The position numbers were made by a program, and so were the translations under genes. Shown one piece after another: positions 1 to 14,406 of a stretch of 64,000 nt of DNA. Positions within the stretch are counted from its first letter, which is position 1. The number at the start of each line of letters is the position of its first letter. Source of the DNA: Eledone cirrhosa (taxonomy: Eukaryota). The DNA is taken from NCBI GenBank assembly GCA_964016885.1, contig OZ024747.1:56048001-56112000 (forward strand), written 5' to 3'. The notes beneath the pieces were generated by a model that worked only from the letters and a program-made list of their open reading frames with translations, did no database searches and was not told the DNA's origin.

Positions 1-59
1 CAAAGTGTCAGTCTTGTTACATAATGCATGTATCTGAATTATATTGACAAATACATTAA

Positions 60-280
60 CCCTTTAGCATTTAAACTGGTCATATCCGGCCAGAATTCTC
101 TCACCTCTTTCTGCTCAAACTGGCCATAACTGGCTGCTCATACTGATGCTAAGGTATTGTTCTCAAAATAAATAATCTCAAAATCTCATAGATTCGATAT
201 TATGTGAGATAATTTTGTGAGGTAAAGCCTTCACCATGAAAATATAATAGTAAATATAGAGTAATGTAAATGCTAAAGGG
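60..280. mobile_element. piggyBac-like MITE
   Basis: Perfect 14-bp TIRs CCCTTTAGCATTTA (60-73) and TAAATGCTAAAGGG (267-280). TTAA precedes the left end (56-59); the right flank is TATG (degenerate target site). CCC termini with TTAA are piggyBac hallmarks. Confidence 0.75.
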
Positions 281-442
281 TATGCCTGTTTGTGGAATGC
301 TCAGCCACTTGAACATTAATTTTATGTGCAGGTCATTGTATCTATTTACATATACCTCTTCCTCTATCAATATCTATATCTTTATCTCTCTACCAAATAT
401 ATTTTATCATTTATCTAACACAGATATTTGCAGATTAAAATC

Positions 443-1208
443 CCATCATCTACCCCGATCACACAACCTCCACCACAACCATCACAACCACCACCACAAC
501 CATCACAACCACCACAACCATCACAACCACCACAACAATCAACACCGCAACTACCACCAACACAACCACCACAACCATTAACACAACCACCACCGCAACT
601 ACCACGTCAACCATCACAACCACCACAACCATCACAGCCACCACCGCAACCACCACAACCACAACCACCACTACCACCACAACCACAGCCATCACCACCA
701 TCATCACGACCACCACCGCCACAACCACAACCATCACAACCACCACAACCATCACCACACAACCATCACAACCACCACCACAACCATCACAGCCACCACC
801 GCAACCACCACAACCACAACCACCACAACCACAGCCATTACCACCACAACCACCACTACCACAACCACCACCACCACCACCACAACCACTACAACCACCA
901 CCACAACCATCACCACAACCAACACAACCACCACAACCACCACAACCACCACTACCACCACCACAACCGCAACCATCACAACCACCACAAGCACCACCAC
1001 AACCATCACCACAACTACCACCACAACCATCACAGCCACCACAGCAACCACAACCATCACAGCCACCACCGCAACCACCACCATCACAGCCACCACCGCA
1101 ACCACAACCACAACCAATACCACCACCACCACCACCATCACAACCATCACAACCACCACCACAACCATCACCACAACCACCAAGCTCTACATACTTAACC
1201 ACCAACAA
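443..1208. repeat. Cryptic (CAC/CAA/CAT)n trinucleotide low-complexity tract
   Basis: Degenerate CCA/CAA triplets. The P/Q/H-rich and G/C/V-rich ORFs on both strands are translations of it. Confidence 0.95.
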
Positions 1209-1739
1209 TTCACCAATTTAACATATTCCTCTCTGCCCACACATTCACACTAGAAGTCATCAAATGATAACAATTAAAAATTTTGCCAGTCTTTAGTCTG
1301 TCATGTTTATCATATATTATAAAATTTTCCCCTTTAACTTAATGGATTAACACAAGTCTAGACCAGTCTAATCAGCTTTGCAATAATAATCAGACACCCT
1401 GTCACACACATATATATATATGTGTGTGTGTGTATGTATACACACATACACAGACATTTTCATATGTGTGTGTTTGTTTGATTTGGTTAATTAAATTCTT
1501 TCCTTTTTACTTTATTATTTTTTTTTATAATTATAGTTTTTCCTGTTTGCTTTGTCTCAGAAAAATGTTTAAAGTAAACAAAGATAAAATTTAAAAAAAA
1601 TGTTAGTATAGGAGTAAAACTATAGAAATATAGTATTCACTATATATCATTGAATCATGGTAATCATTGGCAATCAATATATAGCTTTTACATTTATTTA
1701 AATCAATTCGTCAAACTGAGACTGAACCCTATATATGGC

Positions 1740-1802
1740 TTAAGGGCTTCATTGTATTTTGGGACCCTCACTGAGGGTCCCAAAATACAATGAAGCCCTT
1801 AA
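1740..1802. repeat. Perfect 63-bp palindrome with TTAA ends (possible minimal TIR-only MITE)
   Basis: TTAAGGGCTTCATTGTATTTTGGGACCCTCA (1740-1770), then C, then the exact reverse complement (1772-1802). Confidence 0.9.
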
Positions 1803-1880
1803 CCAAAAGCATTTAATTTTGGGCAAACATTAGTAAAGCTGTCATGTCTTTAGCATAAATGAAAAGTCTTCCTGGTCCTT

Positions 1881-2175
1881 TCTATCACAAACCAGTATAC
1901 AAGTGTACTAGGTGAATTTAATGCGTACATCACCAACTTTATGGAGGTTGTCATGTCTATGAGACAACTGAGGAGTCCTCTTGTCTCTTTGTTTGTCAAG
2001 TTTTCTATGGCTATATGTTATTTCTATCACCAACTATTGACAAAGTGTACTGGGTGAATTTATCATGTATATCACCAACTCAAGGGAGGTTGCCATGACT
2101 ATAAGACAACTGAAGAGTCCTCGTGTCTTTATGTTTAGCAACATTTCAATGGCTGGATACTCTTCTTATAACCAA
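1881..2175. repeat. Diverged tandem duplication, unit about 142 bp
   Basis: TCTATCAC...AAGTGTACT.GGTGAATTTA...AGACAACTGA.GAGTCCTC occurs at 1881 and again at 2023. Confidence 0.8.
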
Positions 2176-2817
2176 TCATTTATTCAATTATGATAATTTT
2201 GTTCATATTTTCTTTAATTATTATCAAACAATATTAAACATTGTCTTTACAAATATATCATTCTGAATTTGAAGATACATGGAAAAGAGATTAAATTATT
2301 TGGAATATACATATGCATGTTAATCAGTATTCGTTCATTTGCATGTTTCTTATTTTATTTCCCTATTTGTCCAATCCTTTCTGGCAGGGAAAACAAACGT
2401 TAAATGATGATGATTACCTTCATTTTCATTCTACTTATTGATTTTAATCATTTCATTGAAATGAAAAACCTTTACAGCTTACATCAATGTAGAGTAGATA
2501 GAAACTGTTTGGAAGGTTGTTGGATGCAATATGCCTTTTCTTTAAAGGAACACCTTTCTTACATATTATGTCATGCTGAATCTCATTAAGAATTACATTA
2601 AGTGGATATCATCATCATCGTCATCATCATCATGCCTGATTTACCATGTTTGTATGGCTTGGATTGGCCCTTCTCAGTATGGCATATCACCAAATGTTGC
2701 AGCCATTTGTCATTTCTTCTATGAATCTCAGATATTTGAAGTACATGCACCCAAGGAACATAGACCTATGCTCAGTAATGCAGTGACAACAAGCAATAAA
2801 AATATGACTAATAATAA

Positions 2818-3620
2818 AGGTTTCTGATTTAGGGACAAGGCCAACAAATTATGGAAGAGGGGAAAGTTGATTAAATCGACCCCAGTGTGTTAGTGAGATT
2901 TATTATATCAACCCTATATTGATGAAAGGTAAAACTAACCTCAATGGGATTTGAAATCAGAACGTAAAAGCTGTAACTTTATGATGCAAAGCATTGTGTC
3001 TGTTATTCTACCAATACTGCTAATCCCCTGCCCATGAATGGTTTCTGATTTAGTCACAAGTCCAACAATTTTAGAAGAGGGGAAACTCAATTGAATTGAC
3101 CCTAGTACATTACTGGTAGGGTTTTTATCAACCCCATAAGAATAAAAGGCAAAGCTAATGTTGGTGAGGTTTGAACTCAGTAAGTTCAAATCCCACAGAG
3201 ATTAGCTTTGCCTTTCATCCATATTAGGTCAAAGCTTATAATAATTGTTTCTACTTTAGGCACAAGGCCAGCAATTACCCAGTGCACTACTGGTACTTTA
3301 TTTTATCGACCCCGTAAGGATGAAAGGCAAAGTAAACCTCGGCAGGATTTGAACTCAGATCGTAAAGGGACGTAACTATGCTGGAAAGCATGGTGTCCGA
3401 CCCTCTACCGATACTGCCAATCAATAATGATTTCTGATTTAGTCACAAGTTCAACAATTTTGGGAGGGAGGAAAATCAATTAAATTGACCCCAGTGCATT
3501 ACTGGTAATTTAAAATATCAACCCCAAAGGATGAAAGACAAAGCTTGTAATGATAAAATGCAAAGTCAGACCTTATAAGATTTGAAATCAGCATGTGAAG
3601 ATATGTAACTAGATCCCACG
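2818..3620 (-). mobile_element. Cluster of 4-5 tRNA-derived SINE copies with Meta/MESC-like central domain
   Basis: The best copy (3245-3422, minus) has an A-box TGGCAGTATCGG and a B-box GAGTTCAAATCC, followed by TTTGCCTTTCATCC..GGGGTCGATAAAATAAAGTACCAG. The same family occurs at 21433 and 45345. Confidence 0.85.
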
Positions 3621-3900
3621 AGATATCGTATCTGTCAGAAACAACAAAAATAATAAAAGTTGTATTCTTAAATTCTAAGGAAACAATTTAATTGCAGTAT
3701 TTGAAGAAATATATTTATAATTTGGCAAATGATCAAAATGATATTTTAAAAAATATTTCAATATTTAATAAAAGAAAAATTGAAAGTTTAAAAAAATATA
3801 TAAGAAAAGAGAAATTTTTACCTATATATATGAATATATTTGTGAATGTGTGTGTATATATATGTGTGTATCTGTATATATTATATATATATATATATAT

Positions 3901-3939
<39 letters not shown>

Positions 3940-4001
3940 TACATATACATATATATATATATATATATAATTATATCTATATATATTAAATCTCTCTCTC
4001 A

Positions 4002-4047
<46 letters not shown>

Positions 4048-4097
4048 ATATATATATATAATTATATCTATATATATTAAATCTCTCTCTCTCACTC

Positions 4098-4168
<71 letters not shown>

Positions 4169-4847
4169 TTGTACATGTTTATTTATGCAAGTGCACAATA
4201 AAAAAATATATATGTATATGTACACACATATTTATAACTGAAGATTTACATAGATATGATTTAATTCACAAGATTTATCGATATAAATATATTTAGATTC
4301 TTTTTTTTTTTTCAATCTTAAATTTGGCATTTTCATTGGGAAAATTCTTCAGAATTTCCAACCATTTTTCATTCTTAGATAAAAATCATTTATCTGAATT
4401 TCTAAAAGGTTGGAAAAACAAAAAGCAAAGATATGTTTGGAAAAATAATTGGAATTAAAGGAAAAAAAATTCATTAATATGTTCAGCAAATAGTGAATAA
4501 AAAAACGATTATATAGTTTTCTGTTTGAAAAATATTTGTTTTTAACTTTTTTATTATGTTAGAATTTGTTTTGAATTTAAACAGCAACAACAGCAACAAG
4601 ATCATATAAACTATTTTTTAAAGACTGAAAATCATCAACAAAAACATGATAAAAAGATAAGATATATTGATGATAATCATTGTGGTGAATTTATGTACTT
4701 ATATGAAAACTTGAAAATATAGCAGGTGTTGGCAATGATAGATATATTCATACACATTCCATCACACACACACACTCATACTTTCATATTAATATTTCCA
4801 TGTATATATATACACATACATAATACATACATACATATATATACAAT

Positions 4848-4900
<53 letters not shown>

Positions 4901-6472
4901 ACCGTCCCACCCTTGCAAACAGGGAAAAGCGGACGTAAAATGATGATGATGATATATATATATACTACATACATTCATACATACATATACACACATATAT
5001 ATATATATATATATCACACCCACAAACACACACATACGTGCATACATTCACATCACATAGGTGCTAACTAGACTCTGTGTTGATGTATATAAATTTCTTT
5101 ATATCTAACTATGCAGCATACAATGTCTTTTCTTTAACCTTTAGAAAATGTATCTTCTCTTTAGCAAACAAATTTGTTTTCATCTTTAAGATTATCCTCA
5201 CACATCTATGTATATGTGTGTTTGTATGTGTATATCTGAGTGTGTGTGTCTCTCTGAATATGTGTGTCTCTGTGTATGTGTGTGCTTGTATATGTGTGTG
5301 AATATAATATAGTGTTTTGTTTGTCTGTATGTGTGTATATCTTAATAGTTTCTATATTTCAGATTTTTAAATGTTTACTATTGAAGAAGATTTAGAAACT
5401 TATAGTTGAATGAGAAAAAATGCAACATTGACAACAACAAAAAAAAAAAAAGAAAAAAACAACAACCAACAAAAATATCAGCAACACAAATATCAACTAT
5501 GACAAAATCCCCAACAATATCATCAGCATTCTCAGCAACATAAACTTCAACAACAATATGAAAAGCAACATCAACTACAGCAACAATATCAGCAGCAATA
5601 CCAACAACAATATCAACAGCAGCAACAACAACAACAATTACAACAACATCAACAATATCTATCTTTAATATATACCACAAAACAAAAAAATATATTTTAA
5701 TGAAATATATATTTTCTAGAGTTGGAAACGTGCATTTAAATCCCTTATGAGAAAAATAACAATTAAAAACTTTACATTCACATACAAAATCTCTCTCACA
5801 CACTTGGTTTACTCTTTCATAATCATATTTCTCCTGAAAGATATTGTCTATAATTTTCAAATCCTTTTGAAAATGATCAAGAATGTAGAGGGATTTCATG
5901 AAATAATGAACTTCCCCATAATCAAACAGCTGTTGGAACATAACGTAATACAAATTAAGATGGAATTTTTTAAAGATAAATATCTAGCTTAGAACAGATA
6001 CACTGTATCCCTGTGCATCATAAGAAGTAACTAAAAAGGTTAGTGTTGTGAAGGTTATCCAGCTGAAAACATTGCCTTAAAAGGTCCTGTCCAACCCATA
6101 CCAGTATAGAAAGGTTGACATAAAAATAATAAACATTTGAAAATAAACAGCTTAGAATCATGGAAGCAGAGATGACTTCAGGTAGGTAGGTATTTAAAGG
6201 GTTAATGATATATCATTGTATTCAAGTGAGCACCAGACCTGGCATTTAGAATAAACGGTTCAGCTAGCACAACAGCCCAGGGGCTCCAGAGAACCAACAA
6301 GGAGCCCCAGAGAGTCAGTGAAAGTCATCATGAATATCTGATGTCAAACTCTAAAACAATCGCTCAGTCAAAATTAATTTTTTCGAGAAGATCCACAATT
6401 TTCTCTTAATCCTGTGCTCCCCTGTGCCAAAGCAGTTCTGTACTGTCTGGAAAAAATTAACTTTATATGTAT

Positions 6473-6897
6473 GTGTTTTGGCATAGCTATGGCTCTCTAA
6501 ATGTTTATTTTAAACATACCGTATTTCTTCTGAAATACGAAATTCCAATACATATCTGTATACAACTATGCCAGAAGCTAAATTCTAATTCTATTCTATT
6601 ATAAGTTGAGCCAACTTATACAGCTTCATATGCAAATGAGATTAATCACCTTATTTACTCAGACGAGAAAACCATATATACTCGCCTGTTTTCAAAGTCC
6701 AGTAGTTGCAAGAGCGGGAGGGATCATCTTGATGAGAACCAGTTCAGTTTGAAATGTGCATCCATGATTGTCCACCTTAGTTCTGCTGGACACCGCCAGA
6801 CGGTGTTAGTCGCTGGTGTTTTGGCATAGCTATGGCTCTCTAAATATTTATTGTAAACATAGCATATTTCTTCTGAAATACGAAACTCCAATACATA
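6473..6897 (+). mobile_element. Partial-tandem ORF-less element (343-bp period) with degenerate hammerhead; Penelope pLTR- or retrozyme-like (family E)
   Basis: Direct repeat of about 82 bp at 6473-6554 and 6816-6897, with an HHR-like fold between the copies. A diverged relative lies at 44022-44285. Confidence 0.65.
6723..6768 (+). ncRNA. Degenerate type I hammerhead ribozyme motif
   Basis: ATCATC-TTGATGA-GAAC cagttca GTTT-GAAA-TGTGCA-TC-CATGAT. All three helices are present, with a C3->U change and a C.C mismatch at the base of stem I. Confidence 0.55.
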
Positions 6898-6906
6898 GAT
6901 ATATAT

Positions 6907-7428
6907 GTCAGGTCACTCTTCAGCGCTACTGGTAAAAGGTAAGCCAGTAAAACCTGTGCATGGTTGGATCGTCAGTGACTAAACGAGCAACCCCACAAAC
7001 TTGCTTGGTGAGAGGGGGGGGGGGGGGGGTTGGACACCCTGCTGGATGAAAAACAAAACCCCTTAACGGGTGGAAGAATTCAAGAGAGTCAACGGCCATC
7101 AAATAAAGTATATATTTTGTTAGGTGAGAAACTCCTAGTCTTCATTAAGACATCTCTCTAGGAGAAGGTAATTCTGATATAAAACCTGAGACTTTGTTTG
7201 CATCCAATGATATAGACTAGTTCTTCCTTTTGGTTAAATGCATTCGATGTTCAGAGAGTGGGATTGGTCCCATGCAGAGCCTTTCCTCACTTAAAAAAGC
7301 TTCCAGAACAGGCATTGTTTGATATGTGATTTTTTTTGTGGTTTATTTTATTGCTAAAAACCCACGTCTGTGAGGCTCATGCTTAAGTATCAAGTGATGG
7401 CATTAGTCAAAATCAAGTTTCAGCCATC

Positions 7429-7430
<2 letters not shown>
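6907..7430 (+). mobile_element. Probable RTE-X-type LINE 5' UTR-derived fragment
   Basis: GC-richer insert between TA tracts with the motif TCTAGGAGAAGGTAATTCTGATATAAAACC, resembling RTE-X 5' UTRs (from recall, not searched). Confidence 0.4.
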
Positions 7431-7465
<35 letters not shown>

Positions 7466-7555
7466 GAAGGAAATGTGGTAAGGAACCAGATGGACCATAA
7501 CGCACCAAAGTACTCAATACTTAGGGTAGTAGAGTGGGTAATAGGAACGAGTAGG

Positions 7556-7651
7556 ACCCCGATGGCTGAGCTCAAGCCGTTTCGACGGCTAATTCTGGAC
7601 TAAATGAAAATTTTTATCCTGGTACATGAATAGCCGAGCTTCTCAGAGGGT
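7556..7651 (-). ncRNA. Type I hammerhead fold, family A (left arm)
   Basis: The minus strand reads ACCCT-CTGAGAA-G CT CGGCTA...TAGCCG T C-GAAA-CGGCT tgagctc AGCCA-TC-GGGGT. Confidence 0.6.
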
Positions 7652-7916
7652 AATTCCATATATGGTAAAAGTGATTGTCACAAGGATTGGTCAAAAGTTT
7701 GTTGTTGAGACACATAATTCTATCATGGTGCCCTTTGGATCATGCTGTGGTTGGCACTATCAACGCACAGCTGGGTTTCCTCCCCTCCCTCTCCCTCTTT
7801 CTTCTACTGGCAGGTTCAGCTACCCCTTCCTTCCACAAATTGCCATGATAGATTGTGTCTCAACAACAAACTTTTGACCAATCCTTGTGACAATCACTTT
7901 TACCATATATGGAATT

Positions 7917-8012
7917 ACCCCCTGAGAAGCTCGGCTATTCATGTACCAGGATAAAAATTTTCATTTAGTCCAGAATTAGCCGTCGAAACAGCTTGAGCTC
8001 AGCCGTCGGGGT
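7917..8012 (+). ncRNA. Type I hammerhead fold, family A (right arm)
   Basis: Stem I is ACCCC (7917-21) with GGGGT (8008-12). The core is CTGAGAA (7922-28). Stem II is G-C plus CGGCTA/TAGCCG. GAAA is at 7985-88. Stem III is A-CAGCT tgagctc AGCCG-T. The predicted cleavage triplet is GUC (8005-07). Confidence 0.7.
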
Positions 8013-8022
8013 CCTACTCATT

Positions 8023-8058
<36 letters not shown>

Positions 8059-8089
8059 TGTTGTACCTATATTATTTTTGATGATGAGG

Positions 8090-8340
8090 GCGCCAGATGA
8101 TTCAATCAATGGAATTGCCAGATCATAAAATTAACTAGTAGGTGAGCAAGCATTCTACAGACACATGTACTTTTAAGGGAGATTCAGCACATCAGTGTTT
8201 CACTGTCTTATTGAATTAAAGGTACAACTCAGATTTGTCAGCTGATTTGGCCTGAACAACATGGAATAAGGTGTCTTGCTCAAGGACACAATGTGCTACC
8301 CACTCCAGGAATTGAACTCATGACCTTACTATCAAGAATA
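8090..8340 (-). mobile_element. Decayed CORE-type SINE
   Basis: Contains GTGTCTTGCTCAAGGACACAA (CORE-like, reverse strand) and the B-box reverse ATTGAACTC. A relative lies at about 24690-24960. Confidence 0.7.
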
Positions 8341-8662
8341 TATATCTTCTTCCATCAGTAATAAATTCTTTTTGCTTGTTTTCCAACATTCTCCACCATT
8401 TTTCCATGTCTTTTGTTTTGTCTTGTCTTTCTCTAGTTCTTACTGCAGTTCCTTTGATATTTGTATTAATGGTAAATTCTATTTAGAGTGCCATGTGTAT
8501 GTGAGTGTATGTATATATATATATATGTGTGTGTGTATGTATGTATGTATATATGTATATCATGTTTATATGTATATCAAGTTTACATATATGTGTGTAT
8601 ATGAATGTAACTATATCATTTATATACATATGTATATTTATGTATATATATATGGATATTTA

Positions 8663-8705
<43 letters not shown>

Positions 8706-8748
8706 TTGTGTGTATATTTTTATATGTATATTTAAATGTATATTTATA

Positions 8749-8826
<78 letters not shown>

Positions 8827-9218
8827 CACACATATGTGTGTATATTTTTATATGTATATTTACATTGATTATTTTTAATTTTTTTTTATAGTTGTTTCAG
8901 ATAGAAAATTGATCAGAGTTTGTTAATTAAGTGTAATCATTAACTGTTAACTATTGATTGAGTTTTGCTTCTAGAGTCAGTTTGATGAACTTGCTCAAGA
9001 AAAACAACAACAATTAAAAACCTAAAACAACATTAACAAAAAATAGGCAGAAATGAAATATTAGAGGGAATAAATAAATAAAGCAGAGGGCGGGGGGGGG
9101 GATATGATGGGGCAGAATGGGAATTAGAATGAAAATATAATAGTGGAAACACATTCATACAGATGCTGTATATATATATATATGTACATGGACCTATGTA
9201 CACATACATATACACATA

Positions 9219-9282
<64 letters not shown>

Positions 9283-9338
9283 GATAGAGAAATATATAGA
9301 TATGCATATACACATATATAATATATGTTTACACAAAA

Positions 9339-9388
<50 letters not shown>

Positions 9389-9842
9389 ACATACACAATA
9401 TATATATATATATACATAATATACAAACTTACTCACATACCAATACGTTCACAAATGCATATATAGACACATGGACACTCACGCACACACATATGTATAT
9501 ATGCACATGCAAACACACACACACACGCACAAACATATACAATCACATATACATATATATAATCAAACATGCACATACAGACACATATGCTAAAGAAATA
9601 AAGGGAAGTATCTACAACAAAAAGATATCCCAATATTAATTCTTTCGAAAATTTTTCGAGTCGTCAACAAAAGCTATGCTTAATTAGTTTGTTAAATTAA
9701 TTAAGCCAACACGTGAAACAATTGAGCATGTAATTATACTGACACATACATGCATACATATACACATGTGTATGTGTATATATCTATATATATATGTATG
9801 CATGTATATATATGTATGTGTGTGTATATATATATGTATATG

Positions 9843-9885
<43 letters not shown>

Positions 9886-9922
9886 GAAAGGTATATATGT
9901 ATATGTGTATATATATATATAT

Positions 9923-9986
<64 letters not shown>

Positions 9987-10088
9987 GTGTGTGTGTGTAT
10001 ATATATATATATACATATATGTCTGTGTGTGTGTGTATATATATATATGTATATGTATAGTGTATATATGTGTATATGTATATATATG

Positions 10089-10129
<41 letters not shown>

Positions 10130-10499
10130 GTATGTATGTATATATATATGGTTATATATATATACATATATATACATGTATATCTCTGCTTGGTTTTGTT
10201 AGTTGAAGCTTGTGTTTGATTTTTACAGCAATAATGAATAAAGAGTTAATTAAATAAATATATTAAAGAAAGATTGAAGAGGAGAAAGACAAAAGAAATA
10301 TATTCAGAGAAGGGGGCAATGAAAAAAGTAGTTAAGGAAATGTGTGATTAAAAAGATACATGAAATAAAGAATCACATATAAATATATATATATATATAT
10401 AAATGTGTGTGTGTATACTCATAAATAAAATAACATATCATGAAGTAATGTGTTGAGATAAAATGTTATATTATACATAAAAATATAAGCAAAATGTGA

Positions 10500-10602
<103 letters not shown>

Positions 10603-10605
10603 GTA

Positions 10606-10672
<67 letters not shown>

Positions 10673-10696
10673 TTATATATATATGTATATATATAA

Positions 10697-10738
<42 letters not shown>

Positions 10739-10753
10739 ATTTATATATATATG

Positions 10754-10802
<49 letters not shown>

Positions 10803-10815
10803 TTATATATATATG

Positions 10816-10864
<49 letters not shown>

Positions 10865-10865
10865 T

Positions 10866-10898
<33 letters not shown>

Positions 10899-10899
10899 T

Positions 10900-10932
<33 letters not shown>

Positions 10933-10933
10933 T

Positions 10934-11018
<85 letters not shown>

Positions 11019-11097
11019 GGTTTTGTTTCAAAAAGAAAATCTTTCAGAGATTTGATGTTGTCTTTTGTTAAAACAATATGATAAATAGTAACGAAAT

Positions 11098-11172
<75 letters not shown>

Positions 11173-12039
11173 GAGAGCGAGGGAAAGTGAATCAAGAATA
11201 TGCCTTCCCGTGAAGCTTGCAATGACTCTGTGTGTCTATGTATGTATGTATTTATGCTTGTGTGTATATATATATGGAAGTTTGTTCACAATAATATATA
11301 TGTGGTGGAATGAGGCAGGGGGGGGGGGGGGGGGTCAGACAAATTAACTGACACAGTGTAATTAAAAGATGTTCACCCTTGCTTATTGAAGTTAGGAATC
11401 AATAAAATAAAAACAAATATCTCCCATGTCAGCTCTTCTCCGCCCACATACATGTATATGTGTGTGTGTAATTCTACACACATGTATATGTGTGTATATA
11501 AAAGGGCGCATGGTTTGGATGGTTATATAAGTGAAGTATGAAAAGTGAAAACTATATAGATATTTTTCATTAAACTTGTATCCTTATATATCATCATGAT
11601 ATGCCTATATATATGTGTGGACATGTATGTGTGAGTGTATATATATATGTGTGTGTATATAAAATATATATATATATATACACACAAACATATATATATA
11701 TATATACGCATAAACATATATAAATATACACATAAACATATATATATATATATATATATATACATAAATATATATATACATATACACACAAATATATATA
11801 TACATATACACACATGAACATATATACTCTAATAAAATCAATCATATATTACATTTCCATAACATCCCTGTGTATTTTCTTAATTTGATTCCAAACTTAG
11901 GAGTAATTATGCATCCTTTTAATAATAGATTTTACTCTTATTCTCCAAGGTGTCAAAACTGACAGGAATTTTATAAGACAGTTCTTGCTCTTTATGTAGG
12001 AATCACTGACTTTGATTAAATTTAGACTTTATAACTGTA

Positions 12040-13110
12040 TTCATCATTCTTTTACGTCTGCTGTTCCATAATTGCAGAGTTTGAATGGGTCTTTTTTAGC
12101 ACAGATTCCCTCCTCCCCTTACTGTGTTCCTCGGTTATTTCCTGTGTCAGGTTCAGTATTTTGAGTTCCACTCTTACCACTTCTGCCTAAATCATCTTGG
12201 TTTTCCTCTATGTCAGCCTCTTTCTCCTCGGAACTAATTCAACATTTTTCGCCAACAATTATCTTCCATATGCCTTACATGTGTATAGCAGCACATCATA
12301 TACTCTACTACTCAAGAAAATATCCCAACATATATCATAATCTATGACATCACACTTAAACAACACATCATATACTCTACTCAACCACCATGCAGTAATA
12401 TACCATAAGACATACTTTTGATTAATCCATATATGATACTAAGTTAGTATAGGTGGCATTTTTGCAGAGTCATTAAGTTGTGGGATTAAAAATGCTTTAG
12501 TATTTGTTCCAGATTACAGGGAAACTTGGTGCTCTTTCCAATCTAGCACCTTATAATAATAATAATTTCTACTTTAAGCACAAGGCCATCAATTTGAAGG
12601 GGAAAGTCGACTAAATTGACCCCAGTACATAAGTACTACTATATTTTATCAACCCCAAAAGGATGAAAGGCAAAGCTAACCTCAGCGAGATTTGGACTCA
12701 GAACATAAAGGGGCCTAACTAAATACTGCAAAACATTTTGCTCTACTAATTCAATAATAATATTAATTATTTCTAACATAAGTAAAAGGCCATTAATTTA
12801 GAGATATGGGAAAGTCAATGAAAGACAAACTTGTCCTCTCTGAAATTTGAACATAGAATACAAATAGCCAGAACTATTATTGCTAAAGATTTATCTGATG
12901 CTCAAATAGTTCTTAATGATAATAATTTCTAATTTAAGCATAATGTAAATTATTTGTGTGGATAGATTAGCTGATTATATTGACCCAAGTACAAAACTGG
13001 TACTTTATTTTATTGACTCTGATGAAAAGCAAATGTTACCTCAGCGGGATGTGAACCCAGAACTTAAAGGGTCACAACCAGATGTTGCAAACCATTTGTT
13101 CAACACTCTT
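12040..13110 (-). mobile_element. Decayed RTE 3' fragment followed by several decayed Meta-like SINE copies
   Basis: RTE-like tail (CATCATTCTTTTACGTCTGC) and a degenerate 3' ORF end. SINE motifs GGCACAAGGCC and GGATGAAAGGCAAAG..CCTC.GC recur at about 12565-13110. Confidence 0.65.
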
Positions 13111-13958
13111 ATGATGATGGTGATGATAATACTATGTGGCTAAATCATTCCTTGGGGGAAATTATAATTTGAGAAACAAAGTTCTCGGCATGATAGAAGT
13201 GTTCCAGCTGAGACTCATTATCAAAAATATTCCAACAGTGTATTGAACCACAGGATGTCTTTTATAAAGAAAAAAACAATTCTACTGGGAATTAAAAGAA
13301 GAGAAATATAAAGAAGGCATACCTTATTCATTATAATTAAACCACTTTTGGAATAAAAAAGGCAAAATAAACAATACTGCTCAATAATAACCAATGTAAA
13401 CTAGACCTTGCATTCGTAGAATCTCCAGTATAGTTCCAGGGCAGAAAAAATATGGCTAAATTAACCTGTAAATCTTTGAATAAATAAATGAACAATTAAA
13501 TTATATACTATGTAGCAGAAAATACTTGTTATATTAGAAGACCGAAGCAAGACATTTTATTTTCAAAAACAAATGTTATACAAAATATCATTCTATGTTT
13601 GCCTTAGATATCAAACTATTTCACAGGAGGTCTAGAATATAATATATAATATATACTTGTGCATAAGTTGCACAGGTACCCATGATATAGCACCACATTA
13701 CATACAACAGTGCAAAGTACCATACATCCAATAGATAAGCTGCATGCTGGTTATTCACACCATGTTTGTGTTGGAAAAGGTAACTTACGCATGATCATAT
13801 ATGGTGTAGAAGGTGAATTGACAGTCATAAGGGTATATGTTTAAATGCTTTGGTATTTCTTCCAGTTCGCGGGGACCCTATGTTCAAATTTAGCCCAGGT
13901 CAACTTTGCATTTCACACTTTCAAGGTTAAAAAATAAAGTATTAGCCTAGTACTAGAG

Positions 13959-14008
<50 letters not shown>

Positions 14009-14295
14009 TGCTGAGTTCAGATCTGGAGGGGGATCGACTCCACCAGGTTTAAAACGCCCAAGACATGCTCTGTGTCAGAGGGAGGACCCTTACAAAGGGA
14101 TTAAGGTTCGTTCTATATATGTTGCATACAATTACGAAATTTAGGTTTGCGTATTTGTGTTAGAAATACATGTACTTACCCATAAGAAATTCACTATGTC
14201 ATAATAAAGTTTCTGTTAAAGCAGGCAAAATATATGTACAGACACTTACACATATATGCACACACAAATACACACAGACACATAGACAGAGAGAG

Positions 14296-14331
<36 letters not shown>

Positions 14332-14406
14332 TAAATGGAAACTATCTTTATAAAACCATATTTATTTTATAATTAAATAACTCTTTGCTTATATATATAT
14401 GTATAT

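Larger units (their letters stand above)
7463..8027. mobile_element. Fold-back HHR element, family A (inverted Penelope-like pLTRs plus tail) inserted in (TA)n
   Basis: Inverted arms of about 186 bp at 7541-7728 and 7843-8027. A one-sided tail occupies 7463-7540. TA tracts flank both sides, and each arm contains an HHR fold. Confidence 0.85.

Noticed and set aside
428-1208. Pro/Gln/His-rich or Gly/Cys-rich protein
   Set aside because: Stop-free translation of a trinucleotide tract in several frames on both strands, with no domain or splice support.
1960-2125. AGACAA-CTGA(G/A)GA-GTCC in both units of the 142-bp duplication as a hammerhead
   Set aside because: No correctly placed GAAA, stem III or cleavage triplet found.
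5700-5953. Protein-like minus-strand ORF segment (MFQQLFDYGEVHYF...)
   Set aside because: No recognisable motif or splice signals, and it runs into a (CAA)n tract. It cannot be supported without a homology search.
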